This document shows, piece by piece, positions 48,326 to 57,998 of a DNA stretch of 64,000 nt (positions are counted from its first letter, which is position 1; the number at the start of each line of letters is the position of its first letter). The DNA comes from Nitrospirales bacterium (GTDB lineage: Bacteria > Nitrospirota > Nitrospiria > Nitrospirales > UBA8639). Both the position numbers and the translations under genes were made by a program. The notes below the pieces were generated by a model. The model did not search any database. It was not told the DNA's origin and saw only the letters and a list, made by a program, of their open reading frames with translations. The stretch is taken from the NCBI GenBank assembly GCA_021603905.1, contig BQIU01000005.1, positions 19,261-83,260 on the forward strand, in the 5' to 3' direction.

Positions 48326-49325
48326 TCAGTTGGTGGATGGTGGAAAAGTTGAGTGGGAGGTGTTTGGCTGATTCCATATGTTCATTGCCGCCTTCATGGA
48401 TGCTCCCGTCGCTGTTTGCCCATAATCTCTGGTCAGGATTTGTTCGAGAGCCGATAGGAGCATCAGGATATATTCTTCGCGAGAGGATTCGCCTATGAGC
48501 CCAATGCGCCAAACCTTCCCGGCTAACGGGCAAAATTCTTCGCCAACCTCAATGTGAAATTCTTTGAGTAGCGCTTTTCGTACATGAAGATCGTCAAGAA
48601 ATGGAGGCAGTCGTACGCATAGCAAGGTGGTGAGTTTGAATGAGGCCAAGGGGGAACAGTTCAAAAGCAAGTGTGTTGAGTCTAGCCAGAAGCGCGTGAC
48701 TGTTTCGTTAATGACGTGCAATCCGGGCTTCGAGTCCTTCTTCTTGTATTAAACGAAGAGACTCGCGTAGAGCATAGGTCATCGAGATTGGCGCGGTATG
48801 GTGATTGGTGCGTCTGGACTCACTCCAGTAATCCGAAATTAATGAGCAGTCTAAATACCAACTCGTGCAAACTGCTTGACGCCGGCGAATGCATTGTACT
48901 GCTCTGTCGCTGAAAGTGATCGGTGCGACGCCCGGTGGATAACTGAGACATTTTTGCGTTGCGCTATAACAGACATCAATGTGCCAGGCATCGCCGTGGA
49001 CTTCCATGCCCCCCAGCGTTGTGACGGTATCGACAATGTACAATGCCTCATGTTGCTGACCTAACTGGCCGATGTGTTCGAGGGGCTGGAGGACATCGGT
49101 TGACGTTTCGGCATGAACGATGGCCACGGCTTTAATGTGTTTCGTTGCTTTTAGATGGTGTTCGATGTGTTCGGGATCGAGAGGTTGTCCCCACGGGACC
49201 GCAAGAGGAATGACTTGTCCGCCGCATCGTTCAACCATAGAAGCCAGTCGAGTGCCAAAGATGCCATTGATCCAGACAATGATCGCATCGTCAGGTTGAA
49301 TGAGATTGACAATAGCGGCTTCCAT
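48326..49325 (-). pseudogene. Class-V (AGXT/serine-glyoxylate-type) aminotransferase, 5'-truncated and frameshifted
   Basis: Two overlapping ORFs in different frames (48708-49325 and 48326-48721) together read like one enzyme: MEAAIVNL..., HAETSTDVLQPL, SATQKCLSYPPG (PLP-lysine context), then LLKEFHIEVGEEFCPLAGKVWRIGLIG. About 60-70 N-terminal residues expected for this family are absent. Confidence 0.75.
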
Positions 49326-49346
49326 GGTGGCGGAAATTCAGGGTCT

Positions 49347-49510
49347 ATAGCGAATCCAATTAATTTCCAGTGGTGACCTTGGCGACGATTGTTCCGTAAC
49401 ACTATGCATCCACAATGGCGCAACTAACGTTGAATGCCATTCTGCCCCTGAGAGGTCAACTCAAAGTCGCCAAGACAGCGAAATACAGCGCCTCAGGCAT
49501 CGAAAGTTAT
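49347..49510. repeat. Copy 2 of the ~170-nt repeated non-coding element
   Basis: Has the same six blocks in the same order as 37424-37598. The internal 9-bp pair is CTTGGCGAC (49378-49386) / GTCGCCAAG (49467-49475). It begins 22 nt from the truncated 5' end of the aminotransferase pseudogene. Confidence 0.55.
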
Positions 49511-49794
49511 TTGGAACGGCCATAGGTGACCTACAAGAGGGTTCGACATGGCTTGTAAGACTCGTGGGTGAACCTTACTAGGGGCGGGGCCTAGAAGGAT
49601 GCGCGCGATGGATTGATTGCTGGTAGCGGTTGCATGGTGGTGGTCAGAGATTTGACGCGCCGATTATATCGGATTTCGAATCTTGGAGGCTATGTTATCT
49701 AGAAAGGGCCAGATGCATCGAATCGTAATCCGAGACCCTGGTCCTGTCTACTGCTTGTCTCATTGGTCACTCCACGCACCATGGTATACTTCAG

Positions 49795-49819
49795 ATAGCC
49801 TGATATCTAGGCTGTTTTT
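49795..49819 (+). terminator. Candidate intrinsic terminator (short hairpin plus T5)
   Basis: ATAGCCTG-ATATC-TAGGCTGT forms 6 Watson-Crick plus 2 G-U pairs and is followed by TTTTT. No annotated plus-strand gene lies upstream, so it may terminate a non-coding transcript. Confidence 0.3.
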
Positions 49820-49828
49820 ACCGGTTGA

Positions 49829-51391
49829 GTGAAGCGCAGGGGAATCTTTTCACTCAATAATCATAAGGCGAGTAGACGTTTGGAACGTGAACCACACATC
49901 CAAGATCAAGACATAACTTTCACGGAAGAAATCGTTCTTAGTCATACGAAAAGTCCATCTGTTGGATTTTCGTTTGGGTGGACCGTTCTCTGTACGTTGG
50001 TATTTCTTGGTGGGATGGGATTGCTCGTTTGGTCCTATGATTCGATCACAGCCTTAGAGCGTGTTGATCAACCCGAACGGGCTTTAGAGCATATCGTGAG
50101 TCGATCCATGAATCTCGAATCATCGCTGATACAGGCGTCACCATGGGAGCAATCTTTGTATCAGTTGCTGAAAGGCCAGAGTGAAACCTTAAAGCCACTT
50201 GTTCAGTGGTATAGCGAGCTGGCAAATGAAACAGTTGATCCATTGAATGCCCTCTATGCTGGCGTTTTGGAGGCAGAGTCAGGTTCTCTTGATCAAATGA
50301 ACCGGCGGGTGGAGACATGGGATGGTGACGATGAACAGCTTCAAGGATTTCGCGAAATACTGGAAACGGCATATGGTGCCGAAGTTCGCGATGGTGAAGA
50401 CATTCTGTTGTTGCAGGCACGTCTTGCAGAGGAAGTGCCGGATAACTGGTTCTACGGTCGATTAGCCATACAACTTGCCAAAGCGGGGCACGATACAACA
50501 TTTCTCCGTATGACTCAAGGTCATGTCCAGGGTCGACAGAGTCAACTCTTTTGGCGAAACCGACTTTTAATGATCACTGAAGTTGGTGGAGCCGTCATGA
50601 GTTTGCTGGCCTTATTGATCGTGATCGGGATTCGCTATCGCAAGGGAAAGGAAGGTCTGATCGTTGGTCATGCCGTATTACCGCCGCCGTGGGTTGGTGG
50701 TGATGGGTTTGCGGTGTTCATGCGCGGCGCGGCTGTCACCTTCTTGTTGTTGTCAGGGTTGGGAGCGCTCTTAGGGGCCTATTTTAGTTTCATGAATGGC
50801 GAGGTGAATGAGAAGTTCATGGAACTTATGAGCTCGATCATTCTGTATGTGCCGATTCCCCTGGTGTTGTATTACTATCTGTTGCGACCAAAGGGGCAAT
50901 CGTTGCGCCAGGTGTTTGGTCTTCAACTTCGTCATGGGAAAACTGGCGTGTTGTTTCTCTCAGTCTTGTCCTTGTTTGCCTGCGGGTTGTTCGGGGATTT
51001 AGTGATCAGTGTTGCCGGAGATACGATAGGAAAGTCAACGCATTGGACTGAATGGTTTAATGATAGCTTGGTGTGGGGTGATATCACCGATCTGGCCATT
51101 CTCTTTTTAGAAGTGGTCGTGCTCGCTCCGGTATTTGAGGAAATCATCTTTCGAGGCATTGTCTATGCGAGTTTGCGACGGCGGTTTGGTTGGGTGTGGT
51201 CAGCGGTGTTGAGTACAGCCATTTTTGCCATTGTGCACGGGTATGGAATTGTCGGCCTTTTTGCCGTGGGTTGGAGCGGGTTTCTCTGGGCATGGGCGTA
51301 TGAGAAGACAGGTAGTCTATTGCCAGGAATTGCTGCGCATGCCTTAAATAATTTTGTCTTTCTGGCAAGTCTTCTGGTGGTGTTCAGGTAG
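49829..51391 (+). CDS. CPBP-family (CAAX-type) intramembrane glutamic endopeptidase with a long N-terminal extension
   Basis: C-terminal motifs APVFEEIIFRG, FAIVHG and AHALNNF. GTG start as given in the ORF track; the true start is uncertain. Confidence 0.75.
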   Translation: MKRRGIFSLNNHKASRRLEREPHIQDQDITFTEEIVLSHTKSPSVGFSFGWTVLCTLVFLGGMGLLVWSYDSITALERVDQPERALEHIVSRSMNLESSLIQASPWEQSLYQLLKGQSETLKPLVQWYSELANETVDPLNALYAGVLEAESGSLDQMNRRVETWDGDDEQLQGFREILETAYGAEVRDGEDILLLQARLAEEVPDNWFYGRLAIQLAKAGHDTTFLRMTQGHVQGRQSQLFWRNRLLMITEVGGAVMSLLALLIVIGIRYRKGKEGLIVGHAVLPPPWVGGDGFAVFMRGAAVTFLLLSGLGALLGAYFSFMNGEVNEKFMELMSSIILYVPIPLVLYYYLLRPKGQSLRQVFGLQLRHGKTGVLFLSVLSLFACGLFGDLVISVAGDTIGKSTHWTEWFNDSLVWGDITDLAILFLEVVVLAPVFEEIIFRGIVYASLRRRFGWVWSAVLSTAIFAIVHGYGIVGLFAVGWSGFLWAWAYEKTGSLLPGIAAHALNNFVFLASLLVVFR

Positions 51392-51454
51392 TCAATGTAA
51401 AGCGTCAAATGGAAATAAGAAAATGCATTGCCAAGGAATTTCCTTCAGTTTCTC

Positions 51455-52258
51455 TTATTTTTCACTTGGCATTTTAGATTTTTCAATCTGGTCGAGAGCT
51501 TCATAAAGATCAGGATAAAGAAATGTATGCTGAAGAGTCGTTGTCAGTTTCTTGATGGTAAGGCGTTTCCCGGGATTCTTTGGCTGAGAGAGTGACGGGC
51601 AACGCATGTCCCATCGTTTTGTAGCCACCGAAAATATTTCTGACCATTGACGGGGAATTCCATCGCTCACGACAAAGTTTTCCCCATCTTGTGCTTTCTC
51701 AAGTGCTGCCAAGCAAATCATCGCAACATCTTCAATGTGGATAAGGTTGACATATTTGCGGGTGTTTTGGACCTTCCCCTTTCGCATCCAATCGAGTACA
51801 TGCCGTCCAGGTCCATAGAGACCGGCTAACCGTAAAACCACGGCACCATAATTTTGACGAAAATACTCTTCACTTTGGACACGCGGAAGGGAAGAATCTA
51901 CCGACGTGTGTTCATCAACGAAGGCAGGATGTTCGGGCTCATAGGCTGATGTGCTGCCCAGCATAACCAGTCGTCCTCGGTTTGGTGACAGCGTGTTGAG
52001 GAAATTGGCTGCAGCTTCTTGCGGAAGGGCTGGGAAACACCAAATGAGGTGGGCATCCGTTGGAATCTGTTTCCAGGACTCCGACTGTGCGAGGTCAAAA
52101 AAGAGTCGTTCATTTTTGACAATGTGGGCAAGGTGGCTGGTTGGTGTTCGACTGGTTGCATAGGTGTGCCAGCCATGAGCTTTGGCAAGAGGGTAGAGAA
52201 ATTTTCCGGTATAGCCTGCTCCAAGAATGACGAGAGGCCGTGAACGTAAATCAGTCAT
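51455..52258 (-). CDS. NAD(P)-binding Rossmann-fold protein (SDR/epimerase-like)
   Basis: N-terminal LVILGAGYTGKFL glycine-rich loop; 267 aa. Confidence 0.65.
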   Translation of the reverse strand: MTDLRSRPLVILGAGYTGKFLYPLAKAHGWHTYATSRTPTSHLAHIVKNERLFFDLAQSESWKQIPTDAHLIWCFPALPQEAAANFLNTLSPNRGRLVMLGSTSAYEPEHPAFVDEHTSVDSSLPRVQSEEYFRQNYGAVVLRLAGLYGPGRHVLDWMRKGKVQNTRKYVNLIHIEDVAMICLAALEKAQDGENFVVSDGIPRQWSEIFSVATKRWDMRCPSLSQPKNPGKRLTIKKLTTTLQHTFLYPDLYEALDQIEKSKMPSEK

Positions 52259-52404
52259 GATGACGAGTTATTTGCTCTAGGAGAGTGTGTCGTGAATCTT
52301 GTTTGTTCATGTGCGCTGTTGGGAAAACTATTTCTTTTGACGAGATACGCGCAACGAAATACGGATACGCGAATGATCAGTTAGGAGTCTATACTAGAGG
52401 AAAG

Positions 52405-52926
52405 TTATTGTTCTTGACTGTCAGCCATGTATTGGCTGGCGTAGTGGACATAGTTTTGTGCGGATTCCGTAAGCCATGCCAGTTCCCTATCCGACAGCGG
52501 ACGTCTGACTCGGGCCGGACTGCCTAAGACCAGACTATTGGCGGGGATATGAGTTCGTTCGGTAATTAAGGCTCCGGCGCCAATGACGCAATTTTCTTCG
52601 ATGATCACTCCATCCATAATGACCGCGCCCATGCCCACCAGGACGCGGTTATGAATCGTACATCCATGGAGGACCACATGATGTCCAATAGTAATATCAT
52701 CGCCTAATCGCAAAGAGTACGTATCATGAGTTACATGAAGAAGTGAGAGGTCTTGCACATTGGTGCGATGGCCAATGCGGATAGAGTTGACGTCCCCTCG
52801 AACGACCGTATTGAACCACACACTAGATTCTGGTCCAATTTCGACATCACCAATAATCGAGGCCGTTTCCTCTATAAACGCACTGCTGGCTATCGTTGGC
52901 ATCACTCCACGAAACGCTCTAATCAC
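52405..52926 (-). CDS. Gamma-carbonic-anhydrase-like hexapeptide-repeat protein
   Basis: The start is set to GTG 52926, giving (M)IRAFRGVMPTIASSAFIEE, the usual family N-terminus. The segment IGHRTNVQDLSLLHV and the left-handed beta-helix repeats also fit the family. Confidence 0.8.
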   Translation of the reverse strand: MIRAFRGVMPTIASSAFIEETASIIGDVEIGPESSVWFNTVVRGDVNSIRIGHRTNVQDLSLLHVTHDTYSLRLGDDITIGHHVVLHGCTIHNRVLVGMGAVIMDGVIIEENCVIGAGALITERTHIPANSLVLGSPARVRRPLSDRELAWLTESAQNYVHYASQYMADSQEQ

Positions 52927-52987
52927 GATGACATGTCTCCAGATTGAAAATGGGTATTCTTTGGTGATACATCGGAGAGCAAGAGAT

Positions 52988-53452
52988 TTATCTGACCAAC
53001 ACAGCGGCAATCACGAGGACGGTAAGCGCGGATATGACCGCCGTATAGACCGTCACGCTTCGATCGCTGAGCCATGCTGTTTGCCAATCTTCAGGATACA
53101 AGGCCTTTCCGACAGAGTAGAGCCCTTCGTCGTAGAGACCTAAAATTTTTTCCATTTCTATTAAGGTTTTTTTTGCTATCCGATGACGATCGCGTTGTTG
53201 AAGAATAAGATACACGAAAATGGCGGAGAAGAGTGCGACGCCAGTGATGGCAAAAATTTGCGTTGTCACGTTTGTGCCATGAGTGGGGGAGACTGCCATG
53301 ATTGTGACTAAGAGCAGGACCAAAAATGCGCTAGCAAATGCCGTGAGGCGCATCATTTGCTCACGTCGACGAAATACCTCTTCTTTGTACCACGGGTACA
53401 AGACCCGAAGGATTTCGAGTTGTTCTTCGCGAAGATCGGTGTCAACTGGCAT
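52988..53452 (-). CDS. Small membrane protein of unknown function (about 3 TM)
   Basis: 154-aa ORF with three hydrophobic helices; no recognisable motif. Confidence 0.5.
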   Translation of the reverse strand: MPVDTDLREEQLEILRVLYPWYKEEVFRRREQMMRLTAFASAFLVLLLVTIMAVSPTHGTNVTTQIFAITGVALFSAIFVYLILQQRDRHRIAKKTLIEMEKILGLYDEGLYSVGKALYPEDWQTAWLSDRSVTVYTAVISALTVLVIAAVLVR

Positions 53453-53516
53453 AATCGTTTAGTAAGAAGTCATCTGGAGATTTGTGTTGAGACCGCAATA
53501 TCAATGGATATCAAGC

Positions 53517-54335
53517 TCATGTTAAAAGATGTTGAGTCATCCAGTCAGCAAGGAGTGTTGTCATTTTACGAAAATCATCAGGTTTGCCGAAATGGTGATT
53601 GGCGCCAGGTAGCAAATGGAGGCACTTCTCTCCCGCCAACGATTGTTCCAGTCGTTCAATTTGCTGAAGCGGTACCAACTCATCCGCATCGCCATGCACA
53701 ATGAGGGTTGGCATGTTAATCGTTTTCGCGGCAGTGTACGCATCATAAGTCAGGCAATTTTCATAAAACGCATAACGTAGTTCGATCGGATTATTGGAGC
53801 CTGTCACATCTGGGATTTCACCTGTCTTCCGCCATCGTGTCATGGCTTCTTGTCCAAATTCTAACTGAAGCATCTCCGGAAAGTCAGGGACCGGGCATTT
53901 GAGCCCGAGAGCAGCCAGGTTGGCATCACGGGAGGCAATCAATGTCGCAATGAGGCCACCATAACTTGATCCTACAAGCCCGATGCGAGAATACCCCTGA
54001 GTACGGACAAAGGCTAAAGCCTGTTTCAACTCATCGCAGCAGGTATCGACGGACAGATCTGCAAACGCACCATCGGATTCCCCCATTCCAAACCAATCAA
54101 AACAAAACGTACTGATTTCTTGACCAATCAGTAATTCTGTCAAACGACGATTGGTCCTGCTTTGTTTGTTGGACAGAAATCCGTGACAGAGTACGACAAT
54201 TCTGTCAGTCGACGATTCAGGTTCAGTCAAAATAGCCGCGACCTTGTGATGATTAGAATCATGAAAAGAGAGAGTCATTTGGGAAAGTGTCATGGATTGA
54301 TCCCCTGTAAGGAATACGGAGTTTAACAAATTCAA
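53517..54335 (-). CDS. Alpha/beta-fold hydrolase
   Basis: Nucleophile elbow GSSYGG, acid HGDADELVP, histidine GANHHF. Confidence 0.75.
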   Translation of the reverse strand: MNLLNSVFLTGDQSMTLSQMTLSFHDSNHHKVAAILTEPESSTDRIVVLCHGFLSNKQSRTNRRLTELLIGQEISTFCFDWFGMGESDGAFADLSVDTCCDELKQALAFVRTQGYSRIGLVGSSYGGLIATLIASRDANLAALGLKCPVPDFPEMLQLEFGQEAMTRWRKTGEIPDVTGSNNPIELRYAFYENCLTYDAYTAAKTINMPTLIVHGDADELVPLQQIERLEQSLAGEKCLHLLPGANHHFGKPDDFRKMTTLLADWMTQHLLT

Positions 54336-54613
54336 CTAACGAATATACTGAAAAGTATACTGTTCATAATGCAGACTGCCATGAAGGATTCTGCCTCGGA
54401 GCGTTTGGATGGCCTGGAAAAGTTTATTTTTTAGTGATTATAACCTTGACGCACGTTAGTATTTCTGCGAATGTACCCATTCGATGATTATTTCTTGGCT
54501 TTTTTCTTTGCTTGTTCCTTCTCATGAGCTACACGTTGTAGTTCCTTCTTCGCATCCTTCGGGAAAATCCTTTTCGCTAACTCGTCGGTAGTCATTTCTG
54601 ATACTTTCTTTTT

Positions 54614-55538
54614 ATGAGCCATAAGATGCCTCTTACTCAAACCAATTTAGATATTGTTACGATGATGTCCAACTTTCATTCTGATGAAAAGTGTCTAGAA
54701 GTCCTTGAGGAAATTCGGTGGCCTGATGGTGTGCAATGCCCTCGCTGCAATCATCAGAGTATTTCTCGTATTTATGCCCGTGGACAGTTTGACTGCAATT
54801 CATGCCGATTTCGCTTCTCTGTGACGTCTGGCACGATCTTTCATGATTCTCATTTACCCTTACCGAAATGGTTTGCCACCATCCTATATGATGGTTGAAT
54901 CAAGAAAAGGTGTCTCAGCCAATCAAATTAAACGTACCATTCAAGTCTCATATAAAACAGCCTGGTATCTGTGTCATCGTATTCGGGCAGCTATCACCGA
55001 AGCGACTTCAAGAAAGCTGAAAGGCACGGTCGAAGTTGATGAGACTTGGATAGGTGGCAAACTGAAAGGACAAGGACGTGGTAAAGGAAATTATAAGAAG
55101 AATAAATCCTTGGTGATTGGCATTATTGAACGGAATGGCGATATACGTCTGAAAACGATTAAAAACACCGACCGAAAAACCTTTCACAAATTCATTAAAG
55201 ACCATACGGCAGCAGATACCGAATTGATTATTACAGACGAATGGGAAACCTATAAAGGCATTGAGGATCATGATACTAAACATGAATCGGTGAACCATAG
55301 TAAAGATGAATGGATAGGTGGGAATATTCATGCCAACGGCATTGAAAACTTGTGGGATCTGCTGAAACGGTCGGTCATGGGAACCTATCATCATTTGAGT
55401 GCAAAACATCTAGATGCCTATTTGGATGAGCTTGAATGGCGGTTTAATAATCGCCAGAATTCGTATTTATTCAGAGATACTCTCAAGAAGCTTATTTCGT
55501 CTGGAAATTTGGAGTACCAGAAACTCATTGCCTCTTAA
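54614..55538 (+). mobile_element. IS1595-family transposase gene, disrupted by a +1 frame change near 54885-54895
   Basis: The first ORF (54614-54898) carries the zinc-ribbon domain (WPDGVQCPRCNH...FDCNSCRFRFS...HLPLPKWF). The second ORF (54843-55538), one nucleotide out of frame, carries SRKGVSANQIKRTIQVSYKTAWYLCHRIR and the DDE region VEVDETWIGGK. No slippery heptamer is seen at the junction. The element ends were not identified. Confidence 0.75.
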
Positions 55539-56392
55539 CGTAACCACAAATCAAAAACAGAATCCCCGCTATCCAGACATCGATAATTCACCATGGCAAC
55601 ATTCTCTTTTGGAATCGCTATAACATTTTTAAATTCTCCTTTACTCTCGAAGTGTAACGTTAATCTGAATCCTTGTTCTGTAGTTGGCTGTCCAAGTCTT
55701 CGTAAATCATCTTGAGAAACGTAGCCAATTATCAATATTTTCCCATCTGCTAGTTTGTGAATTTCTACATGACTGCCACGATCACGCTTAAGAGTGACCT
55801 TTGTATTCCTCCACTCATCCCCTAATGAAGCAAACCTCGGATCAGCTATTTTTAACTCGGGAGTATTAATGTAGCAACCGTCTACAAATCCCCACCGACC
55901 AGATGGGATCATATAAATACTTAGGTTTGACTCTACTTCACTGATAGGCCTTACATTGTGTGCATCACGTAATTGCTCAATTGTTTCTTTTGATATTACC
56001 TGGAGCATCCTTGCTTCAGAATTTTCAGTATAATTCTGTGCGCTTTCACTTTTATTGCTTTTACTCCTAGGAGAACCCTGCTGTGATTTAAGTAAAGCGT
56101 CTAATTGATAAGGAGCATCCTTTTGTTTGTGTTGAAAGATCAAACATCCAAAAATAATCAAGCTCACTATAAAAATTACCATATTGCCTTGAGGCGAAAA
56201 ACTGACGATATTAAGGTAAGCGTCTTGCAGCCAACCTGGGTCCTTAATCCGCCCTATGACAAAATCCATATCACCCAAAAAATCCAACATAATCTTTAAA
56301 GTGCTCCAGATAAATCCAATAACCGTTACAATATAGAGGAAAATTGGCTTGAACCTCCTCCAATCTTTACGCATTTTCCCTACCTGCTTCAA
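55535..56392 (-). CDS. Orphan 2-TM membrane protein of unknown function
   Basis: 285-aa ORF with two N-terminal hydrophobic helices, a low-complexity linker and a ~150-aa C-terminal domain with no motif I recognise. Its stop codon overlaps the convergent IS1595 transposase stop. Confidence 0.5.
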   Translation of the reverse strand: MKQVGKMRKDWRRFKPIFLYIVTVIGFIWSTLKIMLDFLGDMDFVIGRIKDPGWLQDAYLNIVSFSPQGNMVIFIVSLIIFGCLIFQHKQKDAPYQLDALLKSQQGSPRSKSNKSESAQNYTENSEARMLQVISKETIEQLRDAHNVRPISEVESNLSIYMIPSGRWGFVDGCYINTPELKIADPRFASLGDEWRNTKVTLKRDRGSHVEIHKLADGKILIIGYVSQDDLRRLGQPTTEQGFRLTLHFESKGEFKNVIAIPKENVAMVNYRCLDSGDSVFDLWLR

Positions 56393-56540
56393 GTAGATAA
56401 TCGTGATTTTTTCTGGCTAACAATTATTCATTCTTCATTGGGTTTATCATTTCCATTATAGAGAAGGAAAGCTATTTGGGAAGATTGATATTGACGCTTC
56501 CTTCTGTGAATGATCGTATTCTTCTCTGCTCTTCTATGCC

Positions 56541-57310
56541 TGTGAACCTGACCTGAAAGTTTCCCTAAACATGGACAGGCAAAAAATGGAGCTTTCGGCT
56601 CTTTGTCGTTGCCCCCGTTTTGAGACAGATCTTAACCAAAATAGATGGCGACTTCAGCTGTCTGATTCTCCTGACGTTGTTTCAAGAACTCATTCGAGGT
56701 CAGGTGCCCGAGTGAGCTATGGGGACGATGCTGATTATATTCTATCCGCCGGGCTTCGATGATCGCTCGAGTGTCATCCAGTGATCGGATCTGGTGGATG
56801 TTGAAACACTCCACTCCAAATCGCCCATTCAATACTTCCATGAAGGCGTTTCCGGCTGGTTTGTCTGGATAAATGAAGTCAAGCTGGCCCAATGCCGATA
56901 GACCCAATTCCCCAGCGCACGAGATGAGAATTCGGTACAGTGATCAACAATGGTGGAACGCGATCGTGAGCCTTGCCCCAAGACTCGATCAAGTGTCTGA
57001 CCGATCGCCTCGCCTGGCAGCCGAATTTCTCCTCCCCTTCGAGTGCAGCACTGAGTCGACACTAATGATCGACGACCGTGAAATCTTAAAGCGGACTCCA
57101 TCCGCCAGCGTATCTTGTGCAACACCCATATTCTAGCGTTCGTTTGACTTCATCAGAGCAGCAGCCAGACTACAGTGCTCTGTGAAGTGCTTGTGTCTTC
57201 ATAACGGCAGACACAGTTCTGCCTTTTCTACCCGATACAGCTGACGCATTCGCTTTCGATTGACGAGCCATCCTTCGCGTTGAATGCTCTCTTTGGGAAA
57301 GTAGAGGAGT
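56541..57310 (-). mobile_element. IS3-family element remnant (decayed orfB plus a candidate terminal inverted repeat)
   Basis: Three broken frames read REGWLVNRKRMRQLY (HTH_21-like), DHCTEFSSRALGNWVY, then DFIYPDKPAGNAFMEVLNGRF...YNQHRPHSSLGHLTSNEF (the C-terminus of the rve integrase core). TGTGAACCTGACCTGAAAGTTTCCC at 56541 resembles IS3/IS150-type ends. orfA and the other end are missing. Confidence 0.65.
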
Positions 57311-57524
57311 GATCGGCAACAGGTCGTTGCGACAACCCCAACGGTGTATCTAAAGAGATAGACATCGTATCGTTTTAGATACCCTCTTTTGCTATCTATC
57401 GCCAGTACAACTCTTAATTCGAACAAACAAATTTCAAAAATTTTTCTTGGTCTAGCACTTGCAAAATAATTTTTAAAGAAAATCACTAGCTCACAACTCA
57501 CGTGTTTACTGAAGGGAGAACAAA

Positions 57525-57959
57525 ATGAAAAGTCTGTCTCAACGAAAGCACGGTCTATTGGGAGGCTTGTGCGTCTTTAGCGTGTGTGTCGCATTCAATG
57601 TTTCAGCCGAAACGAATACGATGGTGAAAGTCACGCCGGATAGTTCGAATGGTCTTATCGCGACGGTCGATCCTGACACAGGGCGGCTGGTATCAGGAGA
57701 AATGGCCGCCAAGATCATGGAACGTCAATCGCTGAAAGTGGATGTGCAAAAGTTTAGGTCAAGTTTGCAAGCTATGATGGCCGCAGACCGAGATGTCTCA
57801 GAACTTGCAGAGAAAAAAATGGCAACTGGAGCCGTCAAAGTAGATTTAAAAGGTCACTTCAGAAGCCCGGTATTGGCAACCGTGCATCCTGATCAGACCA
57901 TTGTGCTTACCCATGAAATGGGTGTCACTCATATAGATCATAATTCAACTGAAAAATAA
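57525..57959 (+). CDS. Small secreted protein, paralogue of 59733-60116
   Basis: Signal peptide (...FNVSA|ET). Shares motifs VDPDTGRLVS and KVDLKGHFRS with the downstream small ORF. Confidence 0.6.
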   Translation: MKSLSQRKHGLLGGLCVFSVCVAFNVSAETNTMVKVTPDSSNGLIATVDPDTGRLVSGEMAAKIMERQSLKVDVQKFRSSLQAMMAADRDVSELAEKKMATGAVKVDLKGHFRSPVLATVHPDQTIVLTHEMGVTHIDHNSTEK

Positions 57960-57998
57960 TGAGCGCCACAATGCGCCCGTCCTCATGGAGGAAGCATC

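Noticed and set aside
400-50501. Numerous 60-150-aa ORFs antisense to or out of frame within long genes (e.g. 400-672, 11339-11677, 11399-11719, 27006-27353, 28137-28487, 42207-42602, 43670-44020, 50046-50501)
   Set aside because: These are shadow ORFs inside strongly supported CDSs. They have no motifs and their composition is typical of the alternative frames of the real genes.
54488-54622. 44-aa Lys-rich minus-strand sORF (MAHKKKVSEMTTDELAKRIF...AKKKAKK) whose ATG overlaps the IS1595 transposase ATG
   Set aside because: There is no RBS or conservation evidence. It probably lies within the IS left end or promoter region and is too short to support from sequence alone.
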